Source: Actinomycetota bacterium (GTDB lineage Bacteria > Actinomycetota > Acidimicrobiia > Acidimicrobiales > SZUA-35). From it: DNA of 64,000 nucleotides. The DNA is taken from positions 162,173 through 226,172 of the forward strand of contig JBCCRO010000001.1 in assembly GCA_039201605.1 (NCBI GenBank), in the 5' to 3' direction. The notes beneath the pieces are model-generated. The model searched no databases, was not told the origin of the DNA, and saw nothing but the letters and a program-made list of their open reading frames with translations. This document shows, in pieces, positions 8,570 through 16,907 of the stretch. Each line of letters opens with the position of its first letter. Within the stretch, counting starts at the first letter, position 1. The position numbers and the translations under genes were made by a program.

Positions 8570-9951
8570 CCGTGAGCGATCAGCCCGTACTCGTCTGTAT
8601 CGGCGGCGGCCCCAAGGCCCTCGCCGTGGCCGCCAAGGCCAAGGTCCTCCGTCGGCTCGGCCTTCCCGCACCCCGGGTGGTGATCATCGAGCGCCACTCG
8701 ATCGGCGCCAACTGGACGGCGGCCGGCGGTTGGACCGACGGCACCCACCGGCTCGGGACGAGCCCCGAGAAGGACCTCGGTTTCCCGTATCGCTCGGCCG
8801 AGTTCCGGGGCCACAACCGCCACGTCGATCACGCCATGCTCGCCTTCTCGTGGAACGCCTACCTGGTGGCCGCCGGTGGGCTCGGCGAGTGGGTCGACCG
8901 CGGTCGCCCGGCGCCTCGCCATCGCGAGTGGGCCAGGTACCTCCAGTGGGCGGCCGGCGAGGCCCAGCCGGAGCTGGTGATCGCCGAGGCCCGGACGGCG
9001 ACGATCGCGGGGGAGCGGTGGCGGGTCGAGGCGGTCGGCGACGATGGGCAGCCGCAGTCGATCGAGGCCGACGCCCTGCTGGTGACCGGGCCCGGATCGG
9101 CCACGAGCGAGTGGGAGTCGTCGAGCCCACGGGTGTTCGGACCGGCGCGTTTCTGGCGGGCGGTCACCGAGCGCCGCCTGCCGGTGGTCGAGCGGGCCGC
9201 CGTCATCGGCGCCGGCGAGACCACCGGGGCCATCCTCCACGAGATGTGCGGACACGACGCGCTCGGCGTGTCGATCATCGCCCCGCAGGCCAGCATCTTC
9301 ACCCGGGGCGAGGGGTACTTCGAGAATCGGGCCTTCACCGACAGCGGCCGTTGGCAGGCCCTGTCGCTGGCCCAGCGCCGGGAGCTGATCAGCCGGGCCG
9401 ATCGGGGTGTCATCTCCCAGACCGCCATGGACGAGATCCGTCTCGACAGCCGCTTCGCCCACGTCGAGGGCAAGGTCACCGGGGTGCAGGCCGAGGGCGA
9501 GGAGGTGGTCCTCGGGATCGAGACCGCCACCGGGTTCGTCAGCCGGCGCTATGACCTGGTCATCGACGCCCGCGGCACCCAGGACCTGTGGTTGCTGCGC
9601 TTGCTCGGCGATGTGGCCCGCAGTCGGCTCGAACTCGCCGTCGGTGGTGCGCCGACGCTGGAGCGGGCCCAGATGTCGATCGACCGCACGCTGGCCATCT
9701 CGGGGATGACGCCGCGGCTGTTCGTCCCCGGCCTGGCCGCCCTCCGCCAGGGCCCGGGCTTCCCCAATCTGAGCTGCCTCGGCTCGACCAGCGATCGGAT
9801 CTGCGCCGGGCTGATGCAGGCGACGGTCGACACCCGGGACCCCCACCTCGTTACGGCGGCCTCCGGCCCCACCGCCGGCCGGAGCCGGGCCGTCGAACCG
9901 GCCCCCGGGCGCCGCCCGGCCGCCACCGAACACCAACCAGGAAGCGCATGA
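8566..9951 (+). CDS. mbtG: L-lysine N6-hydroxylase / L-ornithine N5-oxygenase family flavoprotein (MbtG-like)
   Basis: Only the last 461 aa of the 6622-9951 ORF are used. The ATG at 8566 overlaps the upstream stop (ATGA). Motifs: VCIGGGPKALAVAAKA, GANWTAAGGWTDGTHRLGTSPEKDLGFPYRS, VIGAGETTGAIL, QGPGFPNLSCLG. Confidence 0.9.
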   Translation: MTVSDQPVLVCIGGGPKALAVAAKAKVLRRLGLPAPRVVIIERHSIGANWTAAGGWTDGTHRLGTSPEKDLGFPYRSAEFRGHNRHVDHAMLAFSWNAYLVAAGGLGEWVDRGRPAPRHREWARYLQWAAGEAQPELVIAEARTATIAGERWRVEAVGDDGQPQSIEADALLVTGPGSATSEWESSSPRVFGPARFWRAVTERRLPVVERAAVIGAGETTGAILHEMCGHDALGVSIIAPQASIFTRGEGYFENRAFTDSGRWQALSLAQRRELISRADRGVISQTAMDEIRLDSRFAHVEGKVTGVQAEGEEVVLGIETATGFVSRRYDLVIDARGTQDLWLLRLLGDVARSRLELAVGGAPTLERAQMSIDRTLAISGMTPRLFVPGLAALRQGPGFPNLSCLGSTSDRICAGLMQATVDTRDPHLVTAASGPTAGRSRAVEPAPGRRPAATEHQPGSA

Positions 9952-12900
9952 TGACCACCAGAGACGACATCCGGAAGCTGCTGGCCACCGAGCTGGATAT
10001 CGCCGTCGATCAGCTCGAGGACGGGGCCGACCTCTTCACCCAGGGCATCCACTCGCTGCTCCTGATGAAGACGGCCGGTTGGTTGCGTCGCTCCGGTCAC
10101 CGCATCCGCTACGCCGACCTGGTCGAGGTGCCGACGATCGACGCCTGGGTCGCCCTGCTCGACGGCGCAGCCGAGACCGGCACCGCCTCCGACGGCGGCG
10201 CCGACGGTGAGGTCGCCGCCGACGGGTCGGCACCCGAGCCCGACGAGGCCGTGATCGACCTGACCGAGACCGACGATCCCGACTTCGGGCTGGCCACGAT
10301 GCAGCACGCCCTGTGGATCGGTCGCCAGGAGGGCCAGCGCCTGGGCGGCGTGGCCGCCCACCTGTACGTCGAGTTCGACGGGGCGGGGATAGACCCCGAC
10401 CGGCTGCGCCGGGCCCTCGACCGGACGATCGCCCGTCACGACATGCTGCGGGCCGCCTTCGGCGACAACGCCACCCAACGGATCCTGGCCGAGGCACCGG
10501 ATGCGGTGTGGTCGGTGACGGACCTGCGGGACGAGCCGCCCGCCGTCGTCGCCGAGCGCCTGGAGGCGACCCGCCACCAGAAGAGCCACCAGCAGATGGC
10601 GGTCGGCCTGGGCCAGGTGATCGACGTCTCGACCACGCTGTTGCCCGACGGTGCCCACCGCATCCACATCGACGTCGACATGCTGGCCGCCGACGCCATG
10701 AGCTACCGGCGCATCCTCAACGACCTCGCCGTCTACTACAACGAGGACCGCGACGACGCGCTGGCCCCCATCGGCTGCAGCTACCGGCAGTACCTGTCGG
10801 CCCGGGCTCGGCACCGGGACCGGGCGACGGCGGAGATCGAGACCCACCGGCAGTGGTGGGCCGACCGGCTCGCCGATCTGCCCGAGATCCCCGAGCTGCC
10901 GACGATCGGTGAGGCCGAGCGGGCCGACCCCACCGCCAGCGTCCGGCTCCACCACCACCTCGGGGTGACGCAGCGCCGAGGGCTGGAGGAGGCGGCTCGG
11001 ACCCTCGGCCTGACGCCGGCGGCCCTGCTCGCCGCCCTCTTCTCCGAGGTGATCGCCACCTGGTCGGCCTCGCAGCGGTTGCTGCTCAACATCCCGCTGT
11101 TCAACCGGGAGCCGCTGTTCCCCGACGTCGAGCTGCTGGTCGGCGACTTCACCAACTCGGTCCTGGTCGACGTCGACCTGTCGCAGCCGGTGTCGGTGGC
11201 CGAGCGGGCCCGAGGGCTGCAGCGGTCGCTCCACGAGGCGACGGCTCACAGCGCCTACGAGGGCCTCGACGTGCTGCGCGACCTCGGTCGGCTGCGGGGC
11301 AACGCCGTCACCCCCTCGGTGGTGTTCACCTCCGGCCTGAATCTGGGGGAGCTGTTCTCGGCCTCGGTCACCGAGACGCTCGGACGACCGGGCTGGATCC
11401 TGTCCCAGGGCCCTCAGGTCGATCTCGACGCTCAGGTGGTCGAACTCGACGGCGGCATGTTGGTCAACTGGGACCTGCGGCGCGACGCGCTGCCGGCCGG
11501 GATGGGCGAGGCGATGTTCGCCGCATTCACCGAGCTGCTGACCGCAGCCGGGAACGGCGATCTCGACTGGAGCGGCGTGACCTCGGTGGAGCTCGACGAG
11601 GACCAGCGCCGGGGTCGCACGCTGGCCAACCGGGCCCTCGACCGGCGTCCCCCGGTGCGGAACCTGCTCGACCCGTTCTTCGAGTACGTCGGCGCCACCC
11701 CCGACGCCGTGGCCCTGGAGTGGCCGGGTGGCGGCTCGCTGTCGTACCGCCGACTGGCGGACGAGGCCCTGCGTCTCACCGCCGCACTGCGGGCGGCCGG
11801 TGTGGCGCCGGGCGACGACGTGGCCCTGCTCGTGCCCCGAGGCCCGCAGCAGGTGGTGGCCGTGCTCGGGGTCCTGGCCGCCGGAGGCGTGTACGTCCCG
11901 GTCGGCACCGACCTGCCGGTCGCCCGGCAGGCGGCGATCCTCCGACGCTCGGGCGCCTCCGTCCTGGTCACGTCGGGCGGTTCCGGTGGCGAGGAGCTGC
12001 CGAACGACGTCGTCACCGTCGATCTGATGTCGCTCGATGGGGTGGAGCCCGCCGTTCCGTACTCACCCGACCCGGAGTCGCCGGCCTACGTGCTGTTCAC
12101 CTCGGGCTCGACCGGTGAGCCGAAGGGGGTGGAGATCATCCACCAGGCGGCGGCGTCGACCATCGACGCGCTGGCCGGCCACTACGAGCTCAGCGCCGAC
12201 GATCGGGCCATCGGCCTGGCCCCGCTCGGCTTCGACATCTCCGTGCTCGACATCTTCGGAGCCCTGAATTTCGGCGGCTCGCTGGTCTGTCTCGACGAGG
12301 ACACCGCCCGCGATCCCGTGGCCTGGACCCGCCTCATCGCCGCCCACGGGGTGACGGTGGTGGGAGCGGCGCCCGGTCTCATCGCCGCCCTCGACTCGGT
12401 GAGCACCGCCGACGACATCGCCTCGATCCGGCTGATCATGACCGGCGGCGACCGGGTCGATCACGCACTGGGCCGCAGACTGCGGGAGAAGGTGCCGGCG
12501 CTGCGGTTCATCGCCCTCGGCGGCGCCACCGAGGCCGCCATCCACACCACGATCTTCGAGCTCGCCGACACCACTCCGGTCGAGTGGGCCAACCTGCCCT
12601 ACGGCTATCCGATGGACGGTGCCGGGCTACGGGTGGTCAACCAGCGGGGCGAGGACTGCCCCGAGCTGGTGCCGGGCGAGATCTGGATCGGCGGGGCCGG
12701 TGTCGTCGGCTCCGGCTACCGGGGCGACCCGGAGCGCACGGCCGAGAAGTTCCTCGACCTCGACGACGGACGCTGGTACCGGACGGGGGACATCGGGCGG
12801 TACCTGCCCGGCGGGATCCTCGACATCCTCGGACGTCGCGACCACCAGGTGAAGATCCGGGGTCACCGGGTCGAGCTCGGCGAGGTGGAGTCGGCGCTCG

Positions 12901-13475
12901 TCCGCCAGCCCGGCGTCGACGGGGCGTTGGCCACGCTGTTGGGCACCGGCGAGCCGATCCTGGGGGCGGCCGTCGCCGGTCGGGGTCTCGACCCGGAGGC
13001 CTTACGTGAGGGGTTGGCCGCTCTGCTCCCGGCCTACATGGTGCCGACGATCGTGTTGGTCACCGAGACGATGCCGACCACCCGGAACGGCAAACGCGAC
13101 CGGCGGGCGATCGAACAGGCGCTGACCGACGAGCTGGCTCAACGCCAGACGGCACCGGCCTCGCCGGCCAGCGACCTGGAGGCGGCGTTGGCCTTCGTCA
13201 TGGCCGCCATCCTGGAGCGGGACGAGGTGGGGGTCACCGCCGACTTCTTCGAGCTCGGCGGCAACTCGATACACGCCACGCTGTTCGTGGGCCGGGCCCG
13301 ATCCCTGCTGGGGGTGGGCGACCTCGCCGTCGCCGATCTGTTCGAGCTGCGGACACCGCAACGGCTGGCTCCCCGGCTCCTCGAACTCGGCGATGCGCCG
13401 ACGGTCGAGCGCATCGCCACCCTGCTGCTCGACGTCGCCCGGGAGGGCGAGACGTCGGTGCCGGAGCCGGCATGA
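9948..13475 (+). CDS. mbtB: NRPS ArCP-Cy-A-PCP (aryl carrier plus heterocyclisation module, MbtB-like, no C-terminal TE)
   Basis: The ATG at 9948 overlaps the mbtG-like stop (ATGA). The N-terminal carrier motif is FTQGIHSLLLMK. Cy motifs are FGLATMQHALWIGRQ and DVDMLAADAMS (DxxxxDxxS). The A domain is intact (LFTSGSTGEPKG, FDISVLDIFG, LGGATEAAI, YRTGDIGRY, GRRDHQVKIRGHRVELGEVE, NGKRDR). The PCP motif is FFELGGNSIHA. Confidence 0.9.
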   Translation: MMTTRDDIRKLLATELDIAVDQLEDGADLFTQGIHSLLLMKTAGWLRRSGHRIRYADLVEVPTIDAWVALLDGAAETGTASDGGADGEVAADGSAPEPDEAVIDLTETDDPDFGLATMQHALWIGRQEGQRLGGVAAHLYVEFDGAGIDPDRLRRALDRTIARHDMLRAAFGDNATQRILAEAPDAVWSVTDLRDEPPAVVAERLEATRHQKSHQQMAVGLGQVIDVSTTLLPDGAHRIHIDVDMLAADAMSYRRILNDLAVYYNEDRDDALAPIGCSYRQYLSARARHRDRATAEIETHRQWWADRLADLPEIPELPTIGEAERADPTASVRLHHHLGVTQRRGLEEAARTLGLTPAALLAALFSEVIATWSASQRLLLNIPLFNREPLFPDVELLVGDFTNSVLVDVDLSQPVSVAERARGLQRSLHEATAHSAYEGLDVLRDLGRLRGNAVTPSVVFTSGLNLGELFSASVTETLGRPGWILSQGPQVDLDAQVVELDGGMLVNWDLRRDALPAGMGEAMFAAFTELLTAAGNGDLDWSGVTSVELDEDQRRGRTLANRALDRRPPVRNLLDPFFEYVGATPDAVALEWPGGGSLSYRRLADEALRLTAALRAAGVAPGDDVALLVPRGPQQVVAVLGVLAAGGVYVPVGTDLPVARQAAILRRSGASVLVTSGGSGGEELPNDVVTVDLMSLDGVEPAVPYSPDPESPAYVLFTSGSTGEPKGVEIIHQAAASTIDALAGHYELSADDRAIGLAPLGFDISVLDIFGALNFGGSLVCLDEDTARDPVAWTRLIAAHGVTVVGAAPGLIAALDSVSTADDIASIRLIMTGGDRVDHALGRRLREKVPALRFIALGGATEAAIHTTIFELADTTPVEWANLPYGYPMDGAGLRVVNQRGEDCPELVPGEIWIGGAGVVGSGYRGDPERTAEKFLDLDDGRWYRTGDIGRYLPGGILDILGRRDHQVKIRGHRVELGEVESALVRQPGVDGALATLLGTGEPILGAAVAGRGLDPEALREGLAALLPAYMVPTIVLVTETMPTTRNGKRDRRAIEQALTDELAQRQTAPASPASDLEAALAFVMAAILERDEVGVTADFFELGGNSIHATLFVGRARSLLGVGDLAVADLFELRTPQRLAPRLLELGDAPTVERIATLLLDVAREGETSVPEPA

Positions 13476-13592
13476 TGGCATCCGCTCCACCTTCGCCGCC
13501 GACGTCGCCTTCGCCCCCGACGTCGATGCGGCCCCGGTTGCGGCCGCAGGCCGAGGTCGGCCCGTGCGGCGGCGGTCGACGGAGGTCGTTCG

Positions 13593-16500
13593 ATGGCTGA
13601 GTCGAGCATCGCCCGACTGTCGCGTCGGCTGGGCAAGCCGGTGCCGGACTCCTCCACCGACGACGAGCAGGTCCCGGTCACGTTGGCCCAGCAGCTCGTC
13701 GTGCGCCAACACCGAGCCGGGCCGCTCGACGGGCGGGCCGTGGCCGTCGCCGCCTGGTCGATCACTCCCGCCCCGGAACCCGACGCCCTCGCTTCCGCCG
13801 TCGGCCGACTGATGACCGAGTGCGCCGTGCTGCGCACGATCCACCCCGCCGATCGCCCGGTTGTCGAGGGCCGGCTCCTCGATCCCGACGCCGTCGCGGT
13901 CGAGGACGTCCCGCCCGTGCTCGACCACATCGACGCAGTGCTGGCGTACGGGGCTCGCCCGATCGACATCGCCTCGGACGCCCCGTTCCGGGTCGCGGCC
14001 CGCACCGAGGGCGAGCACACGCTCGTGGTGCTGTCGCTCCACGCCGTGGCCGGGGACGAGCTGCTGTTGCGGGCGCTGATCAATCGGCTGGCCGTGCTCC
14101 TCGACGACCCGGGCGCGCCGCATGCCCGCTTCGACGAGGCACACCGGGCTCTGGCCGAGGCGGAGCTGGAGGCGGCCGGCGCCGCCGGCTCCGACCCCGA
14201 CCTGGCGTACTGGCTCGCCGAGCTCGACGGCCTGCCGCCCACCTCGCTCCGGCCGCTGGCCTGGCGGCCCGCCGCCGGAGCCGGTGCCGAAGCGCCGGGA
14301 GGAGCGGCAGGTCCGGGCCGGACAGGGGCCGTGGCCTCCCTCGCGCCCGACCTCGGCGGCGAGGCGGTGGACGTTGCCGCCGTCGTGTCGGCGATCGCCG
14401 CCGCCCTCTACGACGAGTGGGCCCTCGACGATCTGGTGATCGCCGTCGGCGACACCGCCACGTCCGGCGACGAGCCGGCACCCCACGTCAACCGTCTGCT
14501 GTGCCGGATCCGACCCGACGCCGGCTCCACCGCCCGCCGGCTCCGGGTCGAGGTGGAGCGGACGTTGGAGCGGGGACGGGTCCACCGGTCGACCCGCTTC
14601 GAGCAGATCATGTTGCACCCCGCCACCGGGCGGCCGCCGTCGGTCCCGCCCCAGGTGGCCACACTGGCCGCAGTCGGTCCGGATCGGATCGCCGTCGGGC
14701 GCCACCGGCTGGCCTCGGTCGGGCACCTCGACGCACTCCTCCCCGGCGTCGACCTCGGCCTCACCGTCATCGACGGCGCCGACGGCCCGGCTCTGCGGGT
14801 GACGATGGCCGATGAGGTGGCGGCACTGCACGACGTGTCGGCCTGGGCCGGGCGGATCGCAGCCCGAGCCGCGGCACTGGTGACCGCCCCGGAGAACCCG
14901 CTCGGCCAGCACCCCCTGGTGCCCGAGCCCGAGCCCGAGCCCGGTGCCGATGGCGACGAGGGCGAGGCGAGCGCCGCCGCCATCAGCCTTGACGCCGCCG
15001 ACCCCGACCCCGGTACCGCCGACCCTGGCGCAGCCGAGGGCGATGGGGAGTCGATCGTGATGTGGGGCGTGTCGACGACGCCGACCGAGGTTGCGAGCAC
15101 CACCGCAGCCCTGTTCTCGTCCTTGGAGGCCGCCGGTTGGGGGGAGGGCTCCGTCATCGCCTGTCCGGCGGCGGCCCCGTACGCACCGGCGGCGATGGGC
15201 GCCGCTCATCGGCTGGGGGCCGTGATCGCCCTGGTGCCTGACGTCGCCGAGGGAGCGCCCGATCCGCTGCCGGCCGCGCTGGGTGCCGACGTCGCCCTCA
15301 CCGCAGGCCCCTCGCTCGACCCCGCAGCCGATCTCGACGCCACCTTCGACTCCCGCCTTCGGGCCACCGGGGCCGCGATGCTCGACATCGGCGCCGCCGT
15401 CGGGGCCCCGCAGCCCACGCCCTCGTCGACGACGTCGTCCACGGTGTCGGCGGCGATCCCGCCGATCTCCGCCGTAGCGCCCGATCGGACGGCGCTGCTG
15501 GTGCCTGCCGCCGACGGTCGGACCTGGGTCGGCCATTCGTACCGGTCGGTGGCCCGGTATGTCGCCACCGAGCAGGGGCACGATCCGGTGCTGATCGTCA
15601 GCGCCGACCTGGCCGCCGGGCAGACCGCCGTCCGGGTGATCGCCGCCCTGGCGGCGCGACGGCCGCTGCGACTGGTGACCCCCACTGCGGTGACCGAGCG
15701 GGAGACGGCCCTGGTCGTCGCCGCCCACACCGGCGAGCTGGTGGTGGGGTGGCTGGCCCTCGTCGTCGTCGCCGCCTCGGCCGACGCCGCCGACCGATCG
15801 ATATCGGCTCGGCGGATCACCGTCGACGCCGCCACCATCCTCGATCGCCACGTGGTGCCGCCGCCGGCCGTACCGCCGTCGTCGGAGGTGGCGGTGAGCT
15901 TCGCCCCCGACTCGTGCGGCCCGATCGCCGTCGCCCGGCGATCGTCGATCGACGACCTCGGGGACGGCCCCGGTCTCGGCATCGGGTCGGCCGTGGCCGA
16001 CGCTGAGATCCGTGTCGCGCACCCCGACGGCCGCCCGTTGCCCGACGGCATGATCGGCCGGGTCGACGTCGGGCGACGTGACGAGGTCGACCTGCGGCCG
16101 ACCGGGTTCACCGGGTTCCGCGCCGCCGACGGCACCGTCCGTCTGGCGCCCCCGACGCCTCGCCGTCGGCTCCTCCCGAACGGCGAGCAGCTCGATCTCG
16201 ATCGCCTGGAGGAGCGCCTCACCCGCCACCCCGACGTTCTCGTCGCCACCGTGCAGGCCGATGACGACGAGGCGAAGCCGACCCTCGACGTCCACGTGGT
16301 CCCCAACCCGGGCGCCGACGGGGCGATCCTCGAGATCGTGGCCACCGACGAGCTCGGTCTCGCCCTCGGCGACCCGTCGGTGGCCCGAACGGTGACGGTC
16401 GTGGCCGAGGTGCCGCTGACCGCCGTCGGCACGCTCGACGTCGACGCCCTGCCCGACCCCGCCTCCGCCCGGCTCTCGGGCTTCGGTGGCCCGCCCCGCA

Positions 16501-16907
16501 CGCCGACCGAGGAGGCTGTCGTCGAGGCCGTTCGGGCCGCCCTGCTCACCGCCGCCGCCGGTCCCGACATCGCAGGCCTCGACCGACGGACCTCACTCGA
16601 CGAGCTGGCGGCCACCTCGACCGAGATCGGTCGGGAGGACAGCTTCTTCGGGCTCGGGGGCGACAGCCTCGCCGCCCTCCAGGTGATCACCATCCTGCAG
16701 GACGCCGGTCACCCGGCCGAGGTGGAGACGCTCTTCCTCCACCCGATGCTGTCGGCCTTCGCCCGGGAGATCGACGACGCCCGGGCCGCCGGGGTCGGCG
16801 TCGACACCGGGCCGACCGAAGCGGCTCCGCCGATGTCGGCATCGGGTCTCGACGCCGACGGACTGGCCGATCTGCTGGCCAGCCTCAACGCCGAGGCCGA
16901 CGAGTGA
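13593..16907 (+). CDS. NRPS-like protein C-A-PCP with degenerate C and A domains and an intact carrier domain
   Basis: 1104-aa ORF with GGAGG 8 nt upstream of the ATG. The C-like motif is HAVAGD (14040-14057), lacking the second His. The A-like region has VPAADGRTWVG (15501-15533) in place of the TSGSTGxPKG loop and PLTAVGTLDV with no A10 Lys. The PCP motif FFGLGGDSLAAL retains the Ser. Confidence 0.8.
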   Translation: MAESSIARLSRRLGKPVPDSSTDDEQVPVTLAQQLVVRQHRAGPLDGRAVAVAAWSITPAPEPDALASAVGRLMTECAVLRTIHPADRPVVEGRLLDPDAVAVEDVPPVLDHIDAVLAYGARPIDIASDAPFRVAARTEGEHTLVVLSLHAVAGDELLLRALINRLAVLLDDPGAPHARFDEAHRALAEAELEAAGAAGSDPDLAYWLAELDGLPPTSLRPLAWRPAAGAGAEAPGGAAGPGRTGAVASLAPDLGGEAVDVAAVVSAIAAALYDEWALDDLVIAVGDTATSGDEPAPHVNRLLCRIRPDAGSTARRLRVEVERTLERGRVHRSTRFEQIMLHPATGRPPSVPPQVATLAAVGPDRIAVGRHRLASVGHLDALLPGVDLGLTVIDGADGPALRVTMADEVAALHDVSAWAGRIAARAAALVTAPENPLGQHPLVPEPEPEPGADGDEGEASAAAISLDAADPDPGTADPGAAEGDGESIVMWGVSTTPTEVASTTAALFSSLEAAGWGEGSVIACPAAAPYAPAAMGAAHRLGAVIALVPDVAEGAPDPLPAALGADVALTAGPSLDPAADLDATFDSRLRATGAAMLDIGAAVGAPQPTPSSTTSSTVSAAIPPISAVAPDRTALLVPAADGRTWVGHSYRSVARYVATEQGHDPVLIVSADLAAGQTAVRVIAALAARRPLRLVTPTAVTERETALVVAAHTGELVVGWLALVVVAASADAADRSISARRITVDAATILDRHVVPPPAVPPSSEVAVSFAPDSCGPIAVARRSSIDDLGDGPGLGIGSAVADAEIRVAHPDGRPLPDGMIGRVDVGRRDEVDLRPTGFTGFRAADGTVRLAPPTPRRRLLPNGEQLDLDRLEERLTRHPDVLVATVQADDDEAKPTLDVHVVPNPGADGAILEIVATDELGLALGDPSVARTVTVVAEVPLTAVGTLDVDALPDPASARLSGFGGPPRTPTEEAVVEAVRAALLTAAAGPDIAGLDRRTSLDELAATSTEIGREDSFFGLGGDSLAALQVITILQDAGHPAEVETLFLHPMLSAFAREIDDARAAGVGVDTGPTEAAPPMSASGLDADGLADLLASLNAEADE

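Noticed and set aside
6622-9951. 1109-aa ORF as a single protein
   Set aside because: Only the part from ATG 8566 (MTVSDQPVLVCIGGGPKA...) is hydroxylase-like. The upstream part is an out-of-frame shadow of the NRPS. The same logic trims 9588-13475 to 9948, 27960-29672 to 28011, 28430-30826 to 29669, 31753-32808 to 32041, 49589-51862 to 51119 and 51718-53052 to 51862.
13002-16295. Very long antisense ORFs opposite NRPS genes (for example 13002-16295, 6512-8671, 21562-25104, 25741-28023, 33532-36024, 34563-36971)
   Set aside because: They have no recognisable domains and extreme Gly/Arg/Pro/Asp composition, and each lies antisense or out of frame to a gene with dense NRPS motifs. ORF length alone is not evidence of coding in this GC range.
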